NCBI GenBank assembly: GCA_964649925.1
Contig: CAZYQJ010000001.1
Location: 499 to 32,583, forward strand
Source: an uncultured Litorilinea sp.
GTDB lineage: Bacteria; Chloroflexota; Anaerolineae; Caldilineales; Caldilineaceae
Direction of reading: 5' to 3'
DNA: 32,085 nt
The notes below the pieces were generated by a model that had not been told where the DNA came from, searched no databases, and saw only the letters and a program-made list of their open reading frames with translations. Below, in pieces: positions 25,670 to 32,085 of this stretch. A program made the position numbers and the translations under genes. How positions within the stretch are numbered: position 1 is the first letter of the stretch; each line of letters begins with the position of its first letter.

Positions 25670-26761
25670 CTAGGCCTTCACTGCCGCTAACACGCCTTGC
25701 AGCACATCCATCCCCTGCTGTACCAACGCCTCGTCAGCCTGTGATCCCATGTGGCCGATGCGAAAGACCTTGTCGGCCAATGGCCCGTAGCTCCCCCCTA
25801 CCACCATGCCTTTGGCACGCAACGCCTGATCCAGCGCGCGCCACTCCCAGCCGTCCGGCACAAGCGCCGCCGTCACCGTCGGCGATGCGATCTCCTCACG
25901 CTTGGGCAGCAGGCTGACCCCCATCTCCGCCAGTCTGCGGCGGCAGAGCGCGGCCACGCGCTCATGGCGCGCATATACATTCTCCAGCCCCTCAGTCTGC
26001 AGGCTTTCTATGGCTACGCGAAGGCCTGCCATCGCCTGCCAGTTGTGCGTGTACGGCATGTAGCGCGCGGCAATGGCCGTCTGCCACGGCTTGAGCGCGT
26101 CATACCCCGCATACCCCGTCTCGTCAATGGCCTCCCAAGCACGCGCGCTAATGCTCACCATCGACAGGTCGGGCATCAAACTCAACGCCTTCTGGCTGCC
26201 CAACAGCCCCAGGTCGATCTGCCACTCGTCCACCAGTACCGGTGTCCCGCCCGCGCTGGCGACAAAATCCACATAAAAGAGCGCATCCACCTCGCGACAG
26301 ATCGCACCCAATTCCTCCAGCGGGTTGAGCGTGCCGCTCGGCGTCTCACAGTGGACCGCTGTGATCAGCCGCGGGCGGAATCGCCGCGCCGCAGCCCGCA
26401 CCTGGTCGGCATCCGCCACATCGTCATAGCCAAACCCAACCGTTTCCACCTCGGCCCCAATCGCCTGCGCCATCTCACCAATCCCATAGCCAAAGACCCC
26501 TGTCGCCACCGCCAGCACACGGTCCCCAGGCCGGATCACGCTCTTGAGCGCAGCCCACAACGCCAGCATCCCTTCGCCGGACAAGATCGCAATGTCGTTC
26601 TGCGTTGCCAAGATCTGCTGTAGGCCCTGTTCGCATTCCCTGTACAGGTCGAAAAACTCTTCTTCCAGATCGCTGCTGCCAAAATCCGTTTGATACGCGG
26701 CGCGCACGGCCTGCGGAATCGCTACCGGGCCAGGCACCAGAGGGATCGGATAGGTTTCCAT
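25670..26761 (-). CDS. Class V aminotransferase (alanine-glyoxylate / serine-pyruvate family)
   Basis: I prefer ATG 26761 (AGGAAG upstream), giving 363 aa: METYPIPLVPGPVAIPQAV..; ..ILSGEGMLALWAAL..; PLP-Lys region GSQKALSLMPDLS. The 159-aa N-terminal extension in the ORF track overlaps the divergent gene and looks spurious. Confidence 0.85.
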   Translation of the reverse strand: METYPIPLVPGPVAIPQAVRAAYQTDFGSSDLEEEFFDLYRECEQGLQQILATQNDIAILSGEGMLALWAALKSVIRPGDRVLAVATGVFGYGIGEMAQAIGAEVETVGFGYDDVADADQVRAAARRFRPRLITAVHCETPSGTLNPLEELGAICREVDALFYVDFVASAGGTPVLVDEWQIDLGLLGSQKALSLMPDLSMVSISARAWEAIDETGYAGYDALKPWQTAIAARYMPYTHNWQAMAGLRVAIESLQTEGLENVYARHERVAALCRRRLAEMGVSLLPKREEIASPTVTAALVPDGWEWRALDQALRAKGMVVGGSYGPLADKVFRIGHMGSQADEALVQQGMDVLQGVLAAVKA

Positions 26762-26772
26762 CGCTTTCTTCC

Positions 26773-26801
26773 TTGACAATCCTGGAACTTCCAATGACAA
26801 T
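26773..26801 (+). promoter_or_regulatory. Candidate promoter for the P-loop gene: TTGACA-N17-GACAAT
   Basis: A perfect -35 TTGACA at 26773-26778, a 17-nt spacer, then GACAAT at 26796-26801 preceded by T. It lies about 50 nt upstream of ATG 26852. Confidence 0.35.
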
Positions 26802-26851
26802 CGAAAGGATTCTCGACCGCAAGCGGTCACCATGCTAGATGCCGAGAACCC

Positions 26852-29026
26852 ATGGACGACACCATTGTAACTGCCCTCCAGTCCACCAACAAACTCTTTC
26901 TCTCTGGACCCTTCGGCAGCGGCAAGACCACGTTGGCCCTCGAACGCATCCGCTGGCTGCTGGGTCGCGAGCGCACGCGCGGCGACGATATCCTGGTGCT
27001 TGTGCCCCAAACGGCCTCCGCGCAGCCCTACCACCAGGCCCTGCGCGGGCGTGACAGCCGCCCCGGTGCGCCTGTTCGCATCACCACACTGGCGGGCCTG
27101 GCGCGCAACGCCATCGAACTCTACTGGCCGATGCTGGCCGCGTCCGCCGGGTTCTCTGACCCCCGGTCGGAGCCGGTCTTTCTCAACCTGGAAACCGCAC
27201 AGTATCACATGGCCCCGCTGGTGGATCGCGCCCTGCACACCGGCGACTTTGACGGCATCCGCGTCGAGCGCAACCGCATCATCAGCCAGGTGCTGGACAA
27301 CCTCAACAAAACGGCGCTCAATGGATTCAGCATCGACGAAGCCTATGCGCGCCTGGAGTTGGCCGTCCCGCCAGGCGAGTCACGTACCGGCCAACTCAAC
27401 GCCCTGCGCGCCGCCCGCCGCATCAGCGACGAGTTCCGCGCCCTCTGCCTGCGCGAGACCTTGATCGACTTCAGCCTGCAGATCGAACTCCTGACCCGCC
27501 ACATCCTCGCCAACGACTGGGGCCGTGCGCACCTCTTCCGTACCCATCGCCACCTGGTCTATGAGGATGCTGAGGAATCTACCGCCGCTGCCCACACTTT
27601 GGTGCGCCAGTGGCTGCCCCATCTGGAGAGCGCGCTGATTGTGGTGGATGAAGACGCGGGCCTGCGTCTGTTTCTTGGCGCGGACCCTGCAGGCGCGGCC
27701 CAACTGGAAGCGTTGTGCCAAACCGCAGTCCGGCTGGACACCTGCCATACCACTTCGCCTCAACTGGGCGAGATGGCGCAGCGCGTGGACGCAGCCATTC
27801 GGGGCCGGCGCCCGCAGCGGCCCAACAGCCCGATCACCTGTGCCGGTGAAGACTTTGGCCTCCCAGCCTTTGAGATGCCCGAAGGCGGCTTTCGGTACTA
27901 CCCACAGATGCTGCGCTGGGTTGTGGAACAGATCGACCGTTTGGTGCGACATGAAGGGATTGATCCAGGGTCCATTGTCCTGATCGCGCCTTTCGTCAGC
28001 GATGCGCTGCGTTTCAGCCTGCAATCCGCGCTTGACGCTCGCGACATCCCCTCCACATCGCACCGGCCTAGCCGCGCCCTCCAGTCTGAACCGGCGGCGC
28101 GCTGTCTCCTGACACTGGCCGCCCTCGCCCATCCCGATTGGCACATCCGCCCGGACCAGCATGACGTGGCGCAGGCGTTGATGCTGGCCGTGGATTCTCT
28201 GGACCCCATCCGCGCCGCCATCCTCGCCCAAAACGCCTTCCCTGCCTCACGCCCCACCATCGAACTAGGCCGTTTTGGCGAACTCCGCCCCAATAGCCAG
28301 CAGCGCATTACCTTCGCCATCGGCGAGAGTTATGAACGGCTGCGCGACTGGATCTATGCCTACCGGGCCAGCGGCGAAGTCCTGCCCCTCGACCAGTTCT
28401 TCGCCCGGCTCTTTGGCGAAGTCCTCAGCCAGCCCGGCTACGGCTTCCATGACGATTTGGACGCGGCACGCGTCGCCAACCAACTAGTCCTTTCGGCGCG
28501 TAACTTCCGCTGGGCGTTGGAAGATACCTCAGGGGCAAAGGGGGATGGATCCGTTCCGCTGACGGTGCGTCTAGGGCGCGACTATCTCAACCTGATCGAA
28601 AGCGGCGCGCTGGGTGCGCTCTACCATCCCGGCTGGCAGGCCCCTACCGACGCGGTCTTGATCGCCCCAGCCTATACCTTCCTGATGCGGAATCGTACGG
28701 TCGATGTACAGTTCTGGCTGGATATTGGTTCCACGGGCTGGTGGGAACGCCTCTACCAGCCGCTCACACACCCGCATGTGCTGTCCCCCCATTGGCCGTC
28801 CAGCCAACCGTGGACAGAGTTAGAGGAATTTCAGGCGCGCCAGGAATCGATGCGCCGCCTCTTACTGGGGCTACTGCGCCGCACGCGGCGTCAAGTCTTC
28901 TTAGGGTTGAGCGATTACGGGGAAAATGGTCTCGAACAACGCGGCGCATTGCTCAATTTGATCAACCGGCTGTTGGTTCATAGCGAAAGCCCCGGATCAA
29001 CTGGCGTCGTCCGGGGCTTTCTCTAG
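26852..29026 (+). CDS. Superfamily-1 (UvrD/AddB-like) helicase-related P-loop NTPase with degenerate motifs
   Basis: 724 aa. Walker A LSGPFGSGKTTLA, motif Ia-like ILVLVPQTA, Walker-B-like HLVYEDAEEST, and a later VLIAPAYTFLMRNRTVDVQFWLDIG reminiscent of helicase motifs V/VI. I could find no nuclease or Fe-S C-terminal domain. Confidence 0.5.
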   Translation: MDDTIVTALQSTNKLFLSGPFGSGKTTLALERIRWLLGRERTRGDDILVLVPQTASAQPYHQALRGRDSRPGAPVRITTLAGLARNAIELYWPMLAASAGFSDPRSEPVFLNLETAQYHMAPLVDRALHTGDFDGIRVERNRIISQVLDNLNKTALNGFSIDEAYARLELAVPPGESRTGQLNALRAARRISDEFRALCLRETLIDFSLQIELLTRHILANDWGRAHLFRTHRHLVYEDAEESTAAAHTLVRQWLPHLESALIVVDEDAGLRLFLGADPAGAAQLEALCQTAVRLDTCHTTSPQLGEMAQRVDAAIRGRRPQRPNSPITCAGEDFGLPAFEMPEGGFRYYPQMLRWVVEQIDRLVRHEGIDPGSIVLIAPFVSDALRFSLQSALDARDIPSTSHRPSRALQSEPAARCLLTLAALAHPDWHIRPDQHDVAQALMLAVDSLDPIRAAILAQNAFPASRPTIELGRFGELRPNSQQRITFAIGESYERLRDWIYAYRASGEVLPLDQFFARLFGEVLSQPGYGFHDDLDAARVANQLVLSARNFRWALEDTSGAKGDGSVPLTVRLGRDYLNLIESGALGALYHPGWQAPTDAVLIAPAYTFLMRNRTVDVQFWLDIGSTGWWERLYQPLTHPHVLSPHWPSSQPWTELEEFQARQESMRRLLLGLLRRTRRQVFLGLSDYGENGLEQRGALLNLINRLLVHSESPGSTGVVRGFL
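28985..29021 (+). terminator. Candidate intrinsic terminator: perfect 11-bp GC-rich stem overlapping the end of the P-loop gene
   Basis: GAAAGCCCCGG (28985-28995), a 15-nt loop, CCGGGGCTTTC (29011-29021), then TCT and the stop TAG (29024-29026). The 3' arm and tail read CUUUCUCU. Confidence 0.45.
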
Positions 29027-29071
29027 ATGCCGCCGAGGAGGGGTTCTTTGGCATCTGAACAACAGCGCAAG

Positions 29072-29153
29072 ATTAGTATCATTTTAGCAGATTAACCTGA
29101 AATTAACCTGCAATTAGAGATGGATAAGTGTTTTTCGGCGTGTTTTCGCGTTT
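29072..29153. promoter_or_regulatory. Helically phased A/T tracts (candidate curved DNA / UP-like element) containing tandem ATTAACCTG repeats
   Basis: A/T tracts start at 29072, 29081, 29091, 29102, 29113 and 29124. T-tracts follow at 29131, 29143 and 29151. ATTAACCTG occurs at 29091-29099 and 29102-29110. GTGTTTT(T)CG occurs at 29128 and 29140. Confidence 0.4.
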
Positions 29154-29180
29154 GTGCAGGACGTAACTGGGGCATATACT
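29152..29180 (+). promoter_or_regulatory. Candidate promoter TTGTGC-N17-TATACT placed to give a leaderless mRNA starting at ATG 29188
   Basis: TTGTGC at 29152-29157; TATACT at 29175-29180. Only 7 nt separate the -10 from the ATG, and there is no Shine-Dalgarno sequence. Confidence 0.4.
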
Positions 29181-29187
29181 GAAAGCC

Positions 29188-30267
29188 ATGATCGCTCGTA
29201 TGGGAAGGCTCATGGTAAGGCTTACGCGTCCGCTCATAGTCACCACGGCTCTGCTGGCCGCGGCTTTCTGGCTTCCACAGCCCGCGTTTGCCTCCCATCC
29301 CTGCGACCCGCCCAACGTAATCCCCCAACCCGTCTGCGACATGCAGAATCCGGTCGGCAGCCCGCCGCGCCAGGTGCCGAGCGGCTGGACTCCTTTCGTC
29401 CTTGCGGGCGACGTCTGGTACAACGTCGAGACATCCGACTCTGGGGCACACAGTGTCTTTGGCGCGCCAAGCCTCCGGATGCACAACAGCGGCGGCACCT
29501 TCAAGGCGGGCATCTTTACCCAAGTCCAGGTCACACCAGGCGCAGGCTACCGGGCCAGTATCGGCTGGGGTGCGCCCAACCACCCATCCCACTTTTGGCG
29601 ACAACTCGGCATTGATCCAACCGGCGGTACAGACCCAAACAGCCCCACGGTGATCTGGGGTCCCAGCCACGTCGGCGACGGTCGCATCCTGAACTACCCG
29701 CCTCCCGATGTGAACATCGACGTGAAGGCACGCGCCGTCAGTGATACCATCACCGTCTTCTTCCTGGTCGATCACCCGACCAGTGGTGGAGATGACTTTA
29801 TCTTTATTGATGCCATCGCCCTCTATCCCGATGACAGCGCACCAGAGGTAGAAATACCGCCGACGCCCGAACCCACTGCCACACCGGAACCGGAATCGCC
29901 CCCGGCGGACGCAGCCGTCGCCATGGCTGCCGCTGTCGAGGCGCAGCCAGTCATCCCCCCCACCGACACGCCAACGCCCGTCCCCACCGCGACACCAACC
30001 GAGACACCGTCACCCACGCCCACCCCGACTGCCACGGCCACTCCAAGCCCAACCCCGACACCCACCCCCACGGTGACCCCGACATGGACGCCCTGGCCTA
30101 CCGTGACCCCCATGGGCGCGGCCTTTTCGTTTGACGGCGCACAAGGTCAACTGCTTGCCATGGCGCGCAGCAGCCAGCCGCGCGGCCTGCTGGTGGTAGG
30201 GTTGCTCAGTTTTTGGGGAGCGGGGTTATTTGGTGGCTCGCTGATGTGGCTGCGGCGGCGACGCTAA
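29188..30267 (+). CDS. Secreted protein: signal peptide, ~190-aa beta-rich (jelly-roll/CBM-like) domain, Pro/Thr linker, C-terminal TM helix + RRRR
   Basis: 359 aa. Signal peptide MIARMGRLMVRLTRPLIVTTALLAAAFWLPQPAFA. Domain contains ..FKAGIFTQVQVTPGAGYRASIGWG..LGIDPTGGTDPNSPTVIWG..ITVFFLVD..FIFIDAIAL. Linker PTPEPTATPEPE...TPSPTPTPTATATPSPTPTPTPTVTP. Tail LLVVGLLSFWGAGLFGGSLMWLRRRR. Confidence 0.8.
   Translation: MIARMGRLMVRLTRPLIVTTALLAAAFWLPQPAFASHPCDPPNVIPQPVCDMQNPVGSPPRQVPSGWTPFVLAGDVWYNVETSDSGAHSVFGAPSLRMHNSGGTFKAGIFTQVQVTPGAGYRASIGWGAPNHPSHFWRQLGIDPTGGTDPNSPTVIWGPSHVGDGRILNYPPPDVNIDVKARAVSDTITVFFLVDHPTSGGDDFIFIDAIALYPDDSAPEVEIPPTPEPTATPEPESPPADAAVAMAAAVEAQPVIPPTDTPTPVPTATPTETPSPTPTPTATATPSPTPTPTPTVTPTWTPWPTVTPMGAAFSFDGAQGQLLAMARSSQPRGLLVVGLLSFWGAGLFGGSLMWLRRRR
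29858..30110 (+). repeat. Low-complexity Pro/Thr(/Ala)-coding tract (iterated CCN-ACN codons)
   Basis: Visible as ccgacgccc/acgcccacc iterations. It also creates the spurious antisense GVGVG ORF at 29823..30113. Confidence 0.75.
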
Positions 30268-31145
30268 TCGCCATCCGGCTCGTCTTGCTCATCCGCACTG
30301 TCATCGCGCGCAGCATCCGCTGTGGATGGATCATCACCTACCGGCACGGTCAACAGGATTTCGCCAAACGTGGCCTCTTGAATGGCCTGAAGTTCGTGCT
30401 GCTTGATCAGCTCCAACACGGCCAGAAACGTTACCAAAATCTCCAGCCGTGACGCCTTCCCTCCCAGCAGTTCCGAAAAACGAACCTGAACCGCTTCACG
30501 CGCGCCCGCTGCCTGCATCTGCTGGGCGATCGTCTGGCGCACGATCTCGATCTGCTCCGCCACGGTCACTGTGTACGGCTGCACCTTTGGCGGCGGCGGA
30601 TCGACCGGCATACGCTGCAACGCTTTGCGCAGCGCTGCTTGCAGGCTGGAAAGCTCCAGGTCGCCCAGATCGACCGGCAGCGGTTCGCGCTGGCTGAAAT
30701 CCAACACGCCCGGCGTCCGCCCAAAGGCGCGCATCCCCATCTCCTGGCGTGTCTGCAGGTCGCCTGCGATCCGCTTGAACTGGCGGTATTCCATCAGATG
30801 CCGGATCAGGCTGTCGGCGTCACTCTCCTCCTCTTCCTCCGCCGCGGCGACAGGCTTGGGCAGCAGCCGCGTCGACTTCAGATAGAGCAGGCGCGACGCA
30901 ACCACCAGAAAGTCCGCCAATGCTCCCGGCTGGATCTCCTCCAACTTCTCCAGACTCTGCAAGTACTGGTCGGTCACCGCCACCAGGCTGACTTCGCTGA
31001 TATCCAGTTCTTGTTTTTCGATCAGATGCAGCAACAGGTCAAGCGGGCCTTCGAACACAGGCAGCGTGACCGCATAGGCCGCGCCGTGCGTCTGGTCGCG
31101 GTTCGTGAGCCCGGCCCCTGCCGGGCCGCGTGCGCCGCTCACCAT
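30264..31145 (-). CDS. scpA: Segregation and condensation protein A (kleisin of the SMC complex)
   Basis: 293 aa. Hallmark LPVFEGPLDLLLHLIEKQELDISEVSLVAVTDQYL and FLVVASRLLYLKSTRLLP. Acidic C-terminal tail. The stop overlaps the convergent gene's stop. Confidence 0.9.
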   Translation of the reverse strand: MVSGARGPAGAGLTNRDQTHGAAYAVTLPVFEGPLDLLLHLIEKQELDISEVSLVAVTDQYLQSLEKLEEIQPGALADFLVVASRLLYLKSTRLLPKPVAAAEEEEESDADSLIRHLMEYRQFKRIAGDLQTRQEMGMRAFGRTPGVLDFSQREPLPVDLGDLELSSLQAALRKALQRMPVDPPPPKVQPYTVTVAEQIEIVRQTIAQQMQAAGAREAVQVRFSELLGGKASRLEILVTFLAVLELIKQHELQAIQEATFGEILLTVPVGDDPSTADAARDDSADEQDEPDGD

Positions 31146-31163
31146 TCGGCCACCTTGATCCCG

Positions 31164-32085
31164 CTAGAAATCCACATTGAAGGTGCGGAAGCGGCGGCCT
31201 TGATTGGCGAGTTCCGCCAACATGCGGCTAGTCTCCTCCTCATCGCGCCCTGCAATCCGCTCCACCTTACACCCGCTGTTCCGCAGCGACTTCTCCTCCG
31301 CCGCGCTGATCCCGGCTTCATTGCCCACAATCGTCACATATTCGGCGTTGCGCGCGTCCTGCACACTGAACCCCACCGCAGGCCGGAAACGCACAATATA
31401 GTGGATGGCGTTGATGAAGTCCTGCCGTGCCAACGGGCCAGGATAAGGCCGCTGCCAAAAGAGCAGATAATGGCGGATGTTCTTTACCCCCACCCCGGCC
31501 TGAATCTGCACGATCCGCTCAAAGAGAAGGTCACGCCAGCGATTGCCCAGCGTCCACTCACTCCCTGGGCAAACCGTCGTGTTATCAGGGAACTCGCGAT
31601 GCCCCCACACCCGCGCCAAGGGAATGTGTAACTCCTGCATCAGCCACGCCACCAGATGCCCCCCCGCGCGCAGTTGCGCCGAAGTCGGGATCTTGCCGTT
31701 CATAAAGCTCCCGGCAAACACCACCCCCACCGAATAGATGTTGTGCCGGTGTACATGAAAGCTGGCGGTTTCCAGATAGTTGGTCTGGTCAATCGTGCCG
31801 TCTGCGTGGATGAAATAGTGGTAGCCAATCCCCGGCCAGGCCTCCTTGCCGCGACTGGCATCCGGCGATACGTGCAATTCGGCAATACGCGTTGGGCTAA
31901 CCGTGGGCGGCGTCGCGGTATGGTGGATGGCCAGATGCGTGATCTGGCTGAGGGGCCGCCGCTCATAACGCAGCGTCGGGTGCTTGGGCAGTTGATCCAC
32001 AATCACCCGCATCGCCGGTTGCGGAATCACATAGGCCTTGTTTTCCTGCTGGCGAGCTGTGGTCGCGGCGGCCAGCCGCCCGGCA
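31164..32085 (-). CDS. N-acetylmuramoyl-L-alanine amidase (amidase_2/PGRP fold) with a C-terminal extra domain; 5' end may lie beyond the right edge
   Basis: Amidase_2 motifs HLAIHHTA, PGIGYHYFIHADGTI, SVGVVFAGSF, GHREF..TVCPG. The ORF track starts at GTG 32030, but the frame stays open to 32085 (...AGRLAAATTARQQENKAYVIPQ), so the true start may be off-window. Confidence 0.8.
   Translation of the reverse strand, partial: AGRLAAATTARQQENKAYVIPQPAMRVIVDQLPKHPTLRYERRPLSQITHLAIHHTATPPTVSPTRIAELHVSPDASRGKEAWPGIGYHYFIHADGTIDQTNYLETASFHVHRHNIYSVGVVFAGSFMNGKIPTSAQLRAGGHLVAWLMQELHIPLARVWGHREFPDNTTVCPGSEWTLGNRWRDLLFERIVQIQAGVGVKNIRHYLLFWQRPYPGPLARQDFINAIHYIVRFRPAVGFSVQDARNAEYVTIVGNEAGISAAEEKSLRNSGCKVERIAGRDEEETSRMLAELANQGRRFRTFNVDF

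Noticed and set aside
26762-27238. N-terminal 159-aa extension of the aminotransferase ORF in the track (start at 27238)
   Set aside because: The extension is Arg/Gly-rich and overlaps the divergent P-loop gene. It precedes a canonical METYPIPLVPGP start that has an AGGAAG SD at 26761.
29823-30113. 96-aa minus-strand ORF made of GVGVGVG repeats
   Set aside because: It is simply the reverse complement of the Pro/Thr-linker coding tract of the exoprotein gene, so it is a compositional artefact.
1-32085. Scan for CRISPR arrays, tRNA/rRNA genes, IS elements, integrases and prophage or defence-island signatures
   Set aside because: I saw no regularly spaced direct repeats, no cloverleaf-like or rRNA-like segments in the few intergenic gaps, and no transposase, integrase or recombinase motifs in any frame. 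The window looks like core or metabolic chromosome rather than a mobile island.

Overview
GC-rich (by eye about 60-65% G+C), densely coding bacterial chromosomal segment. It holds about 30 protein genes in four co-directional blocks. I see no rRNA, tRNA, CRISPR array, transposase or integrase.

Block 1 (1-8368, minus strand) is an apparent operon: Gfo/Idh/MocA oxidoreductase, HAD hydrolase, GDPD-NPP fusion phosphodiesterase, xylose-isomerase-like TIM barrel, B12-binding corrinoid protein, URO-D/MtaA-like methyltransferase, GDPD-DUF952 fusion, and a 7-bladed lactonase that runs off the left edge and is missing from the ORF track.

Block 2 (8614-12181, plus strand) is a five-gene module: 42-aa membrane protein, tail-anchored heptaheme cytochrome c, Tat-exported four-cluster FeS protein, NrfD-like quinone-interacting membrane subunit, and a 128-aa membrane-anchored 8-cysteine protein. 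The N-terminal helix of the last protein is a paralogue of the 42-aa protein.

Block 3 (12187-26761, minus strand) is a 14-gene co-directional array: class V aminotransferase, TauE/SafE, M19 dipeptidase, PHP phosphoesterase, D-Thr aldolase/D-Ser dehydratase-like PLP enzyme, large NadE, 2-hydroxyacid dehydrogenase, APH/homoserine-kinase-like kinase, aldo-keto reductase, SerB, then a polytopic membrane protein, a GAF/HisKA_3 histidine kinase and a NarL-type regulator.

Block 4 contains a degenerate SF1-helicase-like P-loop protein and a secreted jelly-roll-like protein with a Pro/Thr linker and C-terminal anchor (plus strand). These converge on scpA and a MurNAc-L-Ala amidase (minus strand).

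The best candidates for something undescribed are:
- the cytochrome/FeS/NrfD module with its two paralogous accessory membrane proteins and no catalytic partner;
- a corrinoid protein plus URO-D-like methyltransferase embedded in an operon with three phosphodiesterase domains.

The tail-anchored exoproteins, a probable leaderless promoter and the gene content fit a Chloroflexota-like monoderm, but that is inference only. All function calls come from reading motifs by eye; no database search was run.
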